Shown here piece by piece: positions 1 through 40,249 of a DNA stretch of 64,000 bases. Numbering within the stretch: position 1 is the first letter of the stretch; each line of letters starts with the position of its first letter. A program made the position numbers and the translations under genes. Below the pieces are notes generated by a model. It was not told the origin of the DNA. It ran no database searches and saw nothing but the letters and a program-made list of their open reading frames with translations. Origin of the DNA: Chrysomallon squamiferum (Eukaryota > Animalia > Mollusca); contig CM022668.1 in NCBI GenBank assembly GCA_012295275.1, forward strand, positions 13,516,001 to 13,580,000, in the 5' to 3' direction.

Positions 1-315
1 AAATAAATAATATATGTGTGTGTCTATATGTGTGTGTAAACACACGTACACGTGATTTTTGTCTGAATGCAGTTCAGTAATATGATTATTATTATTATTT
101 TAAATGGAAACGGGTTCAGCTCAAACATTATTTTATTATTTATTCATTTAAATATGCTTATACTGCTACTGCTACTGTTAATAATAATAATAATAATAAT
201 AAAAACAACAACAATAATAATAGTATCAATAATAATAATAATAATAATAATAATGGTAATAATAATAATAATAATAATAAAGATAATAATAATAATAATA
301 ATAATTATGAAGATG

Positions 316-357
<42 letters not shown>

Positions 358-379
358 GGTAATAATAATAATAATAATA

Positions 380-421
<42 letters not shown>

Positions 422-1108
422 TATGATGATGATAATAATAATAATAACAATAATAATCATAATAATAATAATAATAATTATGATGATGATGATAATAATA
501 ATAATAAATTAATAATAATTATAATAGTAAAAATATGATGGGCGTCAAATCGATTATGTTTTATCTCTCGTTATCTTCTCTGAGGAACAAGGAAGTTTAA
601 ATTCGTGACAGCCAGCACACGATAACTAAAGTTTTATTCCCTGTTTTATCTTGTTAGTGGTTTTTAGTTTAATATATAACATATACCGTAAATAGATGCA
701 TATTTCTATCCCTCCTTTCAGTTTAATTATTGTTTATAATTACAGTTTGGTCGTAATATATATATTATAATTAAAATGATGTTTGGATCTTTTTGTAGTT
801 TAATTTTTGTTTATAATTATAAATTTTCATAACATGTATCACAAAATAAAAACATATTTTATCTGTTTTTTAATTTCAGAAGTTTTATAATGTCAGATTT
901 TCATAACATATACTCTACATAAAAAAATATTTCTATCTTTTTTTTTTTTTTTTTTTTTTTGTAGTTTAGTTATTGTTTATAACAACAGATTTTCTTAACA
1001 TATACAATGAAATAAAATGAAATAACTAAATCTTTTTTAGTTCAATAATTTTTGAATTACAATTTTCCATAATATACAGTGATATGCTATAAATAAATAT
1101 ATTTATAT

Positions 1109-1200
<92 letters not shown>

Positions 1201-2758
1201 ATTTTAAACTTAACATTATACATATATCTATAGTTCCTCACGTGACATTTAGTTCTGTTACTGCATATTATTTATAATCGTAATCTTTCATAAAATATAC
1301 TATAAATAAATGCAGTTATCTTTCTTATTTCAATTTTAATTGCAATTATTGTATGATACAGCAATAAAATAATCTTTCATAATAATTGACAAATGCAGAA
1401 CAAGGTGACATACACACGATAGAACAGCTCGTTCAAGATCACAGAAATATATATATATATATATATATTTTAATTACACAGTAAGATCAAGTTTTAACAT
1501 CCCTGACATCAAAATCATCCTCATCCTCATCCTCATCATCATCATCATCAGTGTCATCATAATCAAAATCATCCATTATGGTCATAACCCATCCTGTTCT
1601 TAATCATCTTCTTCATCATCATTATCATCATCATCATCATCAACAATATCATCACAGCGTTGCTAACAGTTAAATATTTTTCATCAGAGAATGTGTAATC
1701 AGAAAGTGACATTTTAGGTCACCGTATCTGATAAAAATGGCAGCCTTTGTCACCTTGAAGGGGCGAGGCAATTCGTCAGAACAGGATGCGGGATGTATCA
1801 GCATTTTTAAAAATAATTTAACGAAGAAATAAGCTTCAATAAATAAATAAATAAATAAATAAATAAACAAACAAATAAATAAAATAAAATAAAATAACTA
1901 AATTAAATAAAATAAAAAAAAATAAAATAAAAATAAAATAAAATAAAATAAATGAATGAATAAATAAATAAATAAATAAATAAATATAAATTAATAAATG
2001 AATAAATAAAGAAAAAAAAAAAAAAAAAAAAAAAAAAAGAAAGAAAGAAACAAGCAAACAAACAAACAAATAAATAAATAAAAAATAAGAAAAAGAAGAA
2101 GAAGAATATACCGAACATTAAAAAGTAGGAGCGTGTACGTAAAAACAGATACATTAGTCACAAACACTCCACGCCCCACTCTAACCTACCCCACCCTACG
2201 AACCCCCACCCCACTCGTTAGATTCACGCATGCGCTATCTGCCATGCTTTTGGAAAAACAGTCAGGCTGTTATCTATTTTCCCAGTAAAACAAAGTCGTG
2301 ATATTTTTGTATTATCGTCTCAGATTAAGGTTCATAGTTTTATCAGTTATTTCATGGGACGAACTTTTCCATACAGAAACGACAATGATTTCATTGGAGA
2401 GATGCTGTCGTTAATACGTAGGCAAGTATCATATTAAATATTGTTTTTTTTTGTTGTTTTTTGTGTACCCATAACACGTATATACATACATATGTTAATC
2501 GACATACACGTATTCTACATATAAACATTCGAATACTGTTATAACCACTGCGCATTATTAATTATGCTATTTTTAGTGTTATCGTTTTAATTTATCATGA
2601 TCGTGATTATTATTAGGTTATCGTTGTTGCTGTTGTTGTTATATATTTCAATGAAATCTCTGTTAACACACTAAAACAAGACGTATTTAAACAGACTTAT
2701 TTTTAAAAATTATCTTTTTGAATTAAAAAGGTAACAGTTATTTTCCCAGCGTCAGGTT

Positions 2759-17384
<14,626 letters not shown>

Positions 17385-17590
17385 AAAAAATAATAATAGA
17401 TTTAAAATAAAAAGAGAAAAATGTCCCCACAAACTTAGACAATTTTATATTTTAATAACCTATGTTATTTTTGTTATCAAAATAACACATTTCTGTCCCA
17501 AAAAAAAAAAAAAAAAAAAAAAAGAGGAAGAAATAGTAATAACAGTAAAAATAAATAAATAAATAAATAATTATCATCATTAGAACTATC

Positions 17591-17650
<60 letters not shown>

Positions 17651-18789
17651 GGAAGCAACTAAAATTTAATCAATAAATAAAATTGAATTAATCAAAAGCA
17701 CAATAATAAATCTGTAAAGATTATACATAAAATGGAAATTATATTTTCTATTCACATATTTTTATCACACAAAAGATATTCATCACATATTTTTTGTTCT
17801 CATTCTTTCCTTTTTCCATGCTTAGAATGTTTGTGTTTGAAGAAATAATTTATTTAATATATTTCGTTATTATTGCTTGTTTTTGTTTTGTTTCAAAGTT
17901 TAGTCTCTCGTTTAGTACTTTGCTAGAGGTAATCCCCAATTTGTTTCTTGTTTGTTTTTATTTTCTTAAATACAGAAAAAAATGGTAAATATTTTGTTTT
18001 ATAGCTTTTCTAATATTATTAGTAGCAATAGTTGAAGTAGCAGTAGTTGCAGTAATACAACTAGTAATAGCAGTAATATTAGAAGTTGTGTTGGTGGTAG
18101 TAGTAGCATTAATTGTAGTAGTAGTAGTACTAGAAATAGCAGTAGTATTAACAGTAGTAGTAAAAGTAGTACTAGTGCTAATAGCAATAACAGTGGTAGT
18201 AGCAGACGTAGTAGAAGTAGTAGTAATAGTAATGGTAATAGTAATAGCAGACATGATAATCTGAAGTAGTACTAGTGATATTAGTGGTAATAATAATAAC
18301 ATTCGTAGTAATAGTGACTTCAGTAATAGTTGTGATGATGATGGTGTTCTATTTGTAGCAATGGAAATAGTAAACTATTACTAAGTATTAATAAGTAGTA
18401 ATAGTATTAACACTAACAATAATAGCAAAGGCAACAGCAAAATTAACCTAATGAGAACAACAGCGATAATGACATAACAAGAACAACAAAAAACATCAAT
18501 AATAATAACAGTAATAGTAGTGGTAGTAGTAGCAGCAGTAGTTGTAGTAGTAGTAATAGTAGTAATAGTAGTAGAGAATACAAACAACGAACTTAAATTC
18601 TACATAAAATATTTATTTCAGAGGAGATGAAAGTGCAACAGAATGAATCTTATAGTTACTTTCATTTGATCAAATTATGACTAAAGATATTTGCTTATAA
18701 GACTGAGAGGGTTAAAGTGTCCATTTGGTGGTGTTAATGAAAGAAAAAATAACAAAAACTTCAACCCACGAATTATTAACTTGGGACCA

Positions 18790-19085
18790 ACAACGATATA
18801 ATTTGAATCCAATCACAACATAATTTGCAACCTACCACCATGTAATGAGTAACCACTCAGAGTATGATTTGTAACCAGTCACGACATAATTTGTAACCAT
18901 TCACAGTATAATTTGTAACCAGTCACGACATAATTTGTAACCATTCACAGTATAATTTGTAACCAGTCACGGTACAATTTCTAACCGATCGAAATATGAT
19001 TTGCAGCCAGTCACAAATATGAGTTTTAAACAGTCACAGTATATCTAACTAATCCCAACATAGCTTGTAACCAACCACGGAATTT
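18790..19085. repeat. 22-bp minisatellite between the convergent CHS and nicotinamidase 3' ends
   Basis: Alternating atttgtaaccagtcacgacata / atttgtaaccattcacagtata. Confidence 0.85.
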
Positions 19086-19178
19086 TTTTTGATTCACAGT
19101 ACAGTGAGGTACCTCGATATAAGTTAAACATCACAACGGTAATTGCAGTGAAGTCCGCGTCCACTTTAGGAACACGTA

Positions 19179-19348
19179 ACAACTAGCACACATATGTGGC
19201 CCTAACATGACCCTTGTGTGGCCCAGAATTGGCGACATTTGGCCCAGAATTGGCGACATTTGGCCCAGAATTGGCAACATGTGACCAGCGTTGACATCTT
19301 CTGGGCCAGATGTGGACTACCTTTGGGCCAGACAAATGTGCTAGTTGT
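19179..19348. mobile_element. MITE-like element with internal 21-bp tandem repeats, just 3' of the nicotinamidase stop
   Basis: Termini acaactagcaca / tgtgctagttgt form a perfect 12-bp inverted repeat that extends imperfectly to ggccc; internal tggcccagaattggcgacatt x3 at 19219-19280. Confidence 0.65.
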
Positions 19349-19388
19349 TTTTTTGTGTGTTTTTTTAAATCAGGCGATTATAAAGCGG

Positions 19389-22004
<2,616 letters not shown>

Positions 22005-22020
22005 TGTTTATATCTGTAAG

Positions 22021-22133
<113 letters not shown>

Positions 22134-22231
22134 AAAAAGAAAAGAAGAAAGAAATAGAATAGTCCCAGTATTTGTAGTAGTAGTTGCAGCAGCAGCAAGT
22201 GTAGTAGTAGTAATGATAATAATAATAACAA

Positions 22232-22276
<45 letters not shown>

Positions 22277-22286
22277 GATGATGATG

Positions 22287-22372
<86 letters not shown>

Positions 22373-22532
22373 AAAAGAAAAAGAATCAGAATAGAAATCT
22401 ATTCATCATTCAAGTAGCTTATCATGAATCTAATACATCATCGAGTTCGAATATCAGTATTAATATCAATATTTATTTATTTGCTTGTGCGAAAACTTTG
22501 TTTGTTTATTTGTTAAATAAACGATCACCTAC

Positions 22533-22690
22533 CTAAGTATGAAATCGGAATAAATTCACCTTTCATAAACAAAAACATACTGAAACCTGGATATAGCATG
22601 TATTTGTGAAAAGGTTGAAAACGTCGCTTGTCTTTGAAATGACAGTAGCACCACTTCGTCAACAAAAACACACAGCTATATATAGTATTA
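22533..22690 (-). promoter_or_regulatory. Putative non-coding first exon and TATA-like element of the nicotinamidase gene
   Basis: Minus-strand donor AG|gtaggt at 22533/22532 upstream of the acceptor at 22014; TATATATAG at ~22676-22685. The TSS cannot be determined from sequence. Confidence 0.35.
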
Positions 22691-23456
22691 CTATTTCATA
22701 CATTTAATTAATAAATAAACTTAATATTCAACGTATACTTAATCTATACTTAATCCCGAAAACGCTTGGAATTTTCCAATTTTGCAAAGGTAACAATATA
22801 TTGATTTCTTCACGTAACCTTATTAATAATAATAGTAGTACGTGTTGTTGTTGTTGTTGTAGTAGTAGTGATGGTGGTTGTAGTAGTAGTAGTTGCAGTA
22901 GAAGTAATAATAATAGTAGTAGTTGTTGTAATAGTAGTAGTTATAGTGGAAGTAATAATAAGAGTTGTAGTAGTTGTTGTAATAGTAGTACATGCAGATG
23001 GTTATACCTGTACATATTATGAATAGTCTTAAAGAAAAGAAAATTCGTTTACGTAATACGTGCTAGGAACGATTCTCTCTGTTCTGGATTATGTCATAAT
23101 GACCGGCTAGCTGTTTGTTTGCGGATAACTGCAATTGTAATTACCAGGTAGCAACAACACGATAACCAGTTATCTCCCTTAATTACAGTCATTATGATAA
23201 GTTTAAAGCAGAGTGTTAAATTTCATGATAATGATTATGTAACACGTGGTGTTTTTTTTTTTTTGGGGTGTATTTGTTTCTGTAGTTCTTTTGGTGTGTG
23301 TTTAATGTGGTTCGAAATGTACTTTTGATTTGTTTATAATAAATAAATAACTGAATAACAAAGACAAAATGATAAATAAATAAATAAATAAAAATTAAAA
23401 AAGTAATAAAATAATAAATAAATAAATTAATAAAATAAATAAATAAATAAATAAAA

Positions 23457-23491
<35 letters not shown>

Positions 23492-24189
23492 AAATAAAAT
23501 AAATTAAATTAAAGGAAACACAGACAAAAGAAAAAAATATATACTCCCCCACTTAAAATCCCCCACACACACCACAAAAAACACCCCTCCCCCAAGAACC
23601 CCAACAAAAAACACAACGGTATAAAAAAAAACAAAGAATAAAAACATGAGGAAGAGAAATGACATTAAAAATAATCGAAGAAAGAATAAAAATAAATGAA
23701 AGAACAAAATAAAACAAACTAAAATAAACTAAAATAAATTAAACAAAATAAAAAGACAGAAATAAAAACAACTGTCTGTTGATTATCGCAAATTTCAGAC
23801 GGTTCAGTTACAAGAAATAATTACAAACAGCTAGTACAGGACACAGTGATCATAAACTTAATAATGAACTGTAAACACACCTGTGTTTTGATATATCCAG
23901 TTATACTTGATATTCTGGATATATTATTTTTAGTTCGATTATTTTTAGTTGATTAATTTATTTATTCATTTGCTTTTTTGTGGGTGAGGGGGACCGACAA
24001 TAAAAAGTAAATAAATTAATTAAATAATTAATTAGATAACTGATTAATAAAACAAAATCAAATAAAATAAATAAATAAATAAATATATATAAATATACAT
24101 ATATTCATATACGGACATACACGCACGCTGTCATACTCCTCATACACACAGGGAAGAATTCATATAAGAAAACATGTACGCACAGAAAC

Positions 24190-25226
<1,037 letters not shown>

Positions 25227-25703
25227 CTGTGTCTCTCGATATCTTTGTCTTTCTTCAGTCCATCCATCCTTCCATCCATATGTCGTGAATATATTATACA
25301 TGCTTATGCATGCACGTGCATGCGTGTTTGTATGTGTGCGTCTGTGTACTTAGATAGATCTGTTTAGTAACAAGTGAAGTGTGTATGTACATAGCCCGGA
25401 TAAGATACACTGTAAACTATGTGATTATGAACAAACGGCCTTGGAGGTATTATAAAACCTTGTAATTGATATAGATTATGGTTAAGCCCTGTTATTGATT
25501 TACGAATTTATGCATATTTTTGGCTAGGTAAATATGTAAAGATAAAATCTTTCTAAATTTAAAAAAACCAAATCAAAAAAAAAAAAAAAAAAATGGATAT
25601 ATATATATTAATCAACGTGAACTGACTACGATCATACAACTTTGTGGAAGCAAATGTATGAAAACAGATGGTAATGAATATATATTTATGATCATGCATA
25701 TTG

Positions 25704-25819
<116 letters not shown>

Positions 25820-25874
25820 CATCTCTCTCTCTCCCTCCCTCCGAACCCATCTCTCTCAGTCTCTCTCTCGCTGC

Positions 25875-25948
25875 ATAATCGACCTGCATAATACCACACC
25901 ACTCAATACTTGGTGCATGTGAGTGCTCGTCTGTTCAAGTGTGTGGAG
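25875..25948 (+). repeat. 74-bp dispersed repeat, copy 1, abutting a GA/CA compound microsatellite
   Basis: ataatcgacctgcataataccacaccactcaatacttggtgcatgtgagtgctcgtctgttcaagtgtgtggag, identical by eye to 33850-33923. Confidence 0.85.
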
Positions 25949-25992
25949 GGAGGGAGGGAGGGAGGGAGGGAGAGAGAGTGAGAGATAGAAAT

Positions 25993-26071
<79 letters not shown>

Positions 26072-26241
26072 TACACACACACACACATATATATACAAAG
26101 AGAGCGATAGAGAGATAGAGATAGAGAGAGGGAAGTGCACATAGACACATACACACACATGCACGTACACACACACAAACACACACTATATATCTATATC
26201 TATCTCTGTCCTATATTTATCTGTGTATGTATGTGTGTATG

Positions 26242-26290
<49 letters not shown>

Positions 26291-27522
26291 CTGTGTATGT
26301 ATGTGTGTGTGTATTTATCTATATATGTATGTATGTGTGTGTATATATATATATATGGCTTTAATCAAACTGTAGTCATTCCAAAGATACGCATAACACA
26401 GAAAAGATGAGGAAACTAATGACTGCAAATTCAAATACCACGTGTAAAAGTAAATGAATCAGAACAAAACCAAAACAGTTAAGAGAATTTCGTTTAATTT
26501 GTATTCGTAATCACACTTGAAGCAAAGTCTACGAAAGAGGAAATCTTCAGTCAGAATCAAGGAAACTAATTACAGCGTCTGATGAACACAGTTCAGCATT
26601 TAGTCATCAGTGTTCTCCTTTTAGATCTTTATTGCAACCGTAATCAAAGAAAACACGAGGCCGTAGATAACATTAGAAGGTGACTAACTGCGCTACGTGG
26701 AAGTACAGTAAACCAAGATTTAACGGACATCGATATATATTGGGGTTCGGATTTAGTGGACAAAGGTTTAATGGATGAATTCCTTTAGGTATGTGTTTTT
26801 GTTTGTTTCTTAGTATGTGTGCGTTTGTGTGTATGTGTGTGTGTTGTGTGTGTGTTGGTGTGTGCGTTGGTGTGTGTGTGTGTGTGTTGGTGTGTGCGTT
26901 GGTGTGTGTGTGTATGCGTTTCTGATGTATATATGCAATATATATATATTTAGGAATGAATATTCTATTGTATTAACGTGTCTGATTAGACTGCTCATAG
27001 ACGATATTCGGGAAGGTACTCGCACAGGAGAACAAAGTCCAGTTATTACGTTACAAATGTCAGATGCCGTTGGCGAGACTCGAACACAGGTTACTCTGGC
27101 GCGGTCGAAGGCATATACATAAAAATAGACAGACATATATAGATATACATTGATGAACATCCACACCAGTGCACATACGTAAATGCATATCTACCTATCT
27201 ACCTACCTACCTACAGACACACTCACACACACATAAAATATCGATTTAAACATGTAGGATTGTAATTATATATACCGACAACAGTAGCATTTTTTTTTTT
27301 TTTTTCCATTCACTTTTCTTAGTGTGCTAAAAATTTAAAATAAATAAAACATAAGTTAAACAAACATAAGTGTCGTTGCTCTTTTCTTACATGTATCAGT
27401 CATGTGATCTACTTTATCTGGAGAGGCTAAACGGGTACGTTGACGTTCTGAAGTGGTGTTGTGTTATCAACAAACGTGAGCTCCGTCCACGTTTTCTTCG
27501 CATGTTTAGCAAACAGTATTTC

Positions 27523-27553
<31 letters not shown>

Positions 27554-27764
27554 TAGATAGATAGATATAGATACAGATATGTGCATATATAATTAGAGAA
27601 GAAGATAGATATATAAGGCAGATAGATAGACAGACACAGAGACAGAAAGATTTAGATTGAACGTCAGACAAAAATATAGAATATATAGTGATCTATTCAA
27701 AGAGAGATAAAAAGATAGAGATAGTGAAAGAGGGGAAGAGAGAGAGACAGCGAGAATGATGGAG

Positions 27765-28226
<462 letters not shown>

Positions 28227-28595
28227 AGCGCGCCGGACGGAGATACAGAAACAGCAAAACAGTTCAGTGCAGGAAACAAAGAGACATAATATACGAAACG
28301 ACAACACGAACTAACAGAAGAAGTTATCTAGAAAATAAAAAAAAAACGAAAATCTTACCTGCTTTTCGATCACGTTCCCGGCGAAGCTGAAGTCTCGCTG
28401 TTTAGTTCATCTTGTGAACGAGACGAAAACCGTCGACAGTGGAAGTTTCCACGACTAGCGAGTTCACTGCAGCCAGGTAGGTGATTGATACAAACGTAAA
28501 CACGTTCTCAGTATTCGCTGTTACAACACTGTCTAATCTTGCAGTGGTAAAATCCTCTGGTTAGATCCGATTGTGTCATTACTGCTCGGCTTATC

Positions 28596-28727
<132 letters not shown>

Positions 28728-29550
28728 GTCTCTGTATCTCTGTCTCTCTGTCTCTCTCTTTCTCTCTCTCTCCCTTCCCTCTCTACCTCTTTCTCTGACA
28801 GAAGTGAAACCGAAAGAAATAAAATAAAATAATATAAAATAAATAAATAAATAAATTAAAAGGTAAGATAAGACAAAAAATATAAAATAAAACATATAAT
28901 AACATGATAGAGCATAGCATAAAATAAGGTAAGACAAGATAAAATATATAATAATAATAAAAATAATGATGATGATGCTTATGATAATGATAATAATAAT
29001 AATAGTGTTGATGTTGATGATGATGATGATGTTAATAATAATAATAATAATAACAACAACAATAACAGTGGCAGCAGTAGTAGTAGTTGTACTAGCAGTA
29101 AAATAAAATACAGCATATATATATATATATATATATACTGAGTGTATACGTTAATAGGTATGTATGATTTGTACATACATCTGGAGTATATATATATATA
29201 TATATAACACACGCGTGACTTTAAGACAAGATAATTAGCAAGGTAATACGTGTTGTATAACAGTGTATCATGACGACCGCGGAATTTGATTCTCTCTCTA
29301 ATTACTGCAGAAATAATCCAGCCATTTTTCTTTTATTAGCTGACAGGTCTTTATAATTGATTAATTAACACACAGGTGTGTTGGATGGAGAGACCTTGAT
29401 TAGCTGACTGTAATGTACTGAGTATTAGACACCTCCTCAAGAGCGCACACAGAGAACACATACACAGAAAAATACACACGTACACACGTAAAAATACACA
29501 CACAAAGAGAAACAAATACACACATATACACATATCTATCTATCTATCTA

Positions 29551-29598
<48 letters not shown>

Positions 29599-30141
29599 TA
29601 CACACACATACCACACACATACACACACATATATACACATACATACATACAAAAATACATAAAAACACTCATACACATACATAATTGTATATATGTACGT
29701 AGATATAAAACATACTTAAACACACACATATACACATGTATACAAACGTAATAACATATACACATATATACCATACCCCCATATGCGGATATATATACAT
29801 ACATACACACACCTGCATACATTATACATACATACATACATACATACATACATACATACATACATACATACATACATACATACATACATACACACATACA
29901 CATACAGAAAAACCCAACCAGATATAAACGAACAGGTCGGTAATGAAAAAAAAAACAACAACTAAAAAACAAAAATTCTAAATTAAAAAAAGAACAAAAA
30001 GTAAATGATAAATAATACACAGCGAGTGTTCTTGATGAAAGCAGAAATTACGAAACAACTAGAGATTTACCAGAAATCAATTCTAATTCAGTTTTCGTGT
30101 GAATTTCTCTGTATGTATGTGGATGTGCGTGAGCGTATGCA

Positions 30142-30182
<41 letters not shown>

Positions 30183-30568
30183 CGTATGCAAATACTTTTA
30201 TAAATGTGCTTGCATGTATGTATGTACGTTTGTATATGTGTATGTGGTTGTATATGTATGTGTGTGTGGTGTGTGTGTGTGTATGTATATATGTATGTTT
30301 CTATATATGTGTGTGTGTATATGTATGTATGTTTGTGTGTTTTTTGGGGGGCGTGAAACATAAATAATAGATACACATAAACATACACAATACCGTACTT
30401 AAATCTTCCGTTTATTTCAATACATGATGTATTTACATATGTTTTATTGCACAATTAATTCATTATACCATTAATTCGAACAGGTAATGTAATACAGACT
30501 ACACACAATAGCTATTCTTTGGTATTTTTTTTTACATTGTATTTTGGTTTAGTTTATATATATAGTTA

Positions 30569-30603
<35 letters not shown>

Positions 30604-30741
30604 CTTGTATTTCAACCTACATGATAAGATCTATTGTTATAACGAATATATTAAAACAGTCCCCTTTAGAAACAGCCACAGAGATTATGTAATTTTGTTT
30701 ATTTATTTATTTATTTATTTTTCAAGTTTATAACGGGTATA

Positions 30742-37065
<6,324 letters not shown>

Positions 37066-37584
37066 GTTTGTTTTCACCGAGTTTTCGTCGCAGATTTAGA
37101 TGTTTTTGTCTTCGTTGCCGTCCGTCTTAACGTTATTATTTATTATTATTTTCTTTGCTGTTTGTGTTTCTTTTATGGTTTCTTTGAGTCTTCTGGAGTC
37201 CTGTTCTTGTCGACGTCTTAGTCTTATCGACGTCGTCGTAGATGTTGCTCTTTTTATTTTTTGTTGTTGGTCCTATTCTGATTTTTTCTTTTTTCTTTTC
37301 TTTTCCGTTTTTTACCTTTATTATTATTATTATTATTATTTTTAATTCAAATTGAATTTTTTGTTGTTGTCACTGTTGTTATTTTTGTTGTTGTTGTTGT
37401 CTCCTTGACAAAATTAGATTATTTTGTTCTGTTATATATCTTGTGGTCTTTACTTTTGTCGTCGTCGTTGTTGTTTACTTAATGGTTAACTAGTCTATCC
37501 ACATAATTAGGCTGACAGTTTCTGAATAAGAGGACATATAACTGATCCTCAGAATAAATCTTTCCCGTGCACAGAAAAACCAAC

Positions 37585-37985
37585 ATATTTGAAATAGCTG
37601 CATGAACAGGATTTGAAATAGCTACATTAACATGATTCAGAATTGTTCCATCAACAGGATTCAAAATAGTTGCATCAACATGACTTGAAATAGCTCCATC
37701 AACGTCATTTATAATACCAACACGGATCAACATGGTTTAGAATTTGTGCATCAACATGCTTTAGTATAACTGCATCAACATGCTTTAATGTAGTTCCATC
37801 AACATGGTGTAATATAGCTTAATGAATACGATTTAGAATAGCTCAAATGAGCGTGATTTGAAACAGCTCCATTGACGTGACTCGAAATAACTGCATCAAC
37901 GTTATTTAAAATATTGCATCAATGTGACATACAACAGCTGCATCAGTATGATATAAATAGCCACGTCAACAAGATTCAAAGTACC
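37585..37985. repeat. Degenerate 24-bp minisatellite
   Basis: Repeating aaatagctgcatcaacatgatt(t/c)(g/a); gives the 8-aa periodicity of ORF 37479-37733. Confidence 0.75.
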
Positions 37986-39035
37986 GATACTGTCGTGACA
38001 AAACACTGATATGAGCCGTACAGTTGACATCGCTAGTTCTTTGAGGTTTTTTTTTGTTTTGTTTTGTTTGTTTGTTGTTGTTGTTGTTGTTTTTTTTTTT
38101 AGCTAAAGTTCCGTTGCTGCCTCCTTATATACTGTCCTTTGTTTTCTTTTCTTCTTTTCTGTACCCGGTTTGCTCTGGTGTTATATTCAGCATCATTTCT
38201 GAGATTCTAAAAAAAAAAAAAATACATAAATAAATAAGTTAAAACAAAATCCATGAAAATTTACGTAACTACAGGTTATGAAATTTAATATATATTCTTG
38301 TCTTCTCTTGACATTCATTCTTTTCGGATCACAAAATCTGAACAAAGATAACAGCTATCAGCAGTATTTGTTGCACTTCGCAGCAGCACTCATAGGAGTG
38401 GTAGTAGCTGTTGTAATATTAGTCGAAACGTTGATGGTATGTATGGTGATGCTAGTAATGATAATGGTAAGGATAGTTGTAGTGGTTGTTATTAATGCCT
38501 GGGGTAATTGTAAGAATAGTTATAGTGGGGAAGTTGTTGTAGTTATAATATTTGGAGCAGTATCAGCAGTAATGATAATAGTAGTGATAGATGGTAGTAG
38601 TTGTAGTAAAAGTAGCAGTAATAGTTGTAGTATTTAGTAGTATTGTAGTAATAATATTAAAAAGTAAGTATAATGGTGGTGGTAGTAGTAGTAGTTGTTG
38701 TTGTGGTTGTAGCTGCATTAGTAGTAGCAGGTGTAGTAGTAGTAGTTGTTGTTACTATTGTAATGGTGACTGACGTAGTTGTAGAAATAATCGTATCAAT
38801 AGTGATATTATATTTTCATTTTACCTACACTTTCTTTCTCCATGTAATAATAATAATAATGATGATGATGATAATAATAATAATGATGATGATGATGATG
38901 ATGATAATAATAATGATGATGATGTTGACAATAATAATAATAATGATGATAATAATAATAATAATAATAATGGTGATGATGATAATAATAATAATAATGA
39001 TGATGATGTTGATAATAATAATAATAATAATGATC

Positions 39036-39101
<66 letters not shown>

Positions 39102-40249
39102 TTTATTATACTGAACAAACATATTTTAGAATTAAAATCCTAGTGCAACTCTAATTTTTCAGAACCTGGATGATAAAAATAACAATTTTCCACCCAGCCC
39201 CAGAAACAATAACTAAACTGAGCTTCGCCTCACTTACGACAGCTAGATATGCTCACGTATCTTTTCATTATTTACGACAGACTTTACGTGTAAAAGACAA
39301 CGTCCACATACATTAGATCATTTTTTTTTCTACCACATTATACAAATGAATCCAGGTGAAACAGAATTTCACCTGAGTTATATAGGGTGTCAAATATCAG
39401 TGACCTAGTATAAAGATGGTAGATATTATTTTTTTTGTTTTCCTGTTTTGAAAATGTAATGTTATGGTTGGCATATAGAGTTTCATCGTAAACAAGTTAA
39501 ATATTGTGATGAAAACGTTCTAAATTTACTTGGTTTATAGCTATGTAATTTAAAAAAAAAAAAATAAAATAAAAAATTCTTCTTAATATCTGATAAATTC
39601 AATTTAATTATCTTTATTAAAAACTGGCGAAAGCACGTAATTTGTAAATGAATTATCTTTTAAAAACTTGATGAATCATGTTATTGAATAATTGTTAAAT
39701 TATTTGTTGTTAAATAAATTTGACAAAATCTTAGATTTAAAGAGTAGAAAAAGTAAAAAATAAAAACAAAGTTAAAAGTTATAAAAGAAGTTAATACGTT
39801 AAATATATTTCATTTTAAAAATACATCAAACAGCATTTAACGTAACTTTAGCATCTTATAAATTACGATGAAATACATGAGCATGAGTCGAGAATCTGTT
39901 ATGAACTTAAAGTCCATTAACTTTGATTCAAACCTCTGTTCAACCATGTAGCTTTGGAACAACACGCATTGTGGTATTAACTAGCCCCTGGACCGGATTA
40001 AGCTAATATGGGGTCTGTAGCATATGCTGTCTGTAGCGAGTTATAAAGGTGAGGTAATGGTGGCAGATTTAAGCCAGATATTTGAGGACACTTAAAGGCT
40101 TCGTTAAAGAGGGACCTGTATTGACGAATAGTTAAAGAAGCAGCTTCCCAAACATGTGAGAACAATATAGTTGGCTGATGGTGAGATGCCGATTTGACCA
40201 GAAACATTGTAAAGTATTTAGTGCAGGGCATTCATAATTCACAACAGAT

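Noticed and set aside
1-2758. Upstream myosin motor domain exons, as in some molluscan chitin synthases
   Set aside because: No myosin-like coding sequence is visible in the window, though exons further upstream cannot be excluded.
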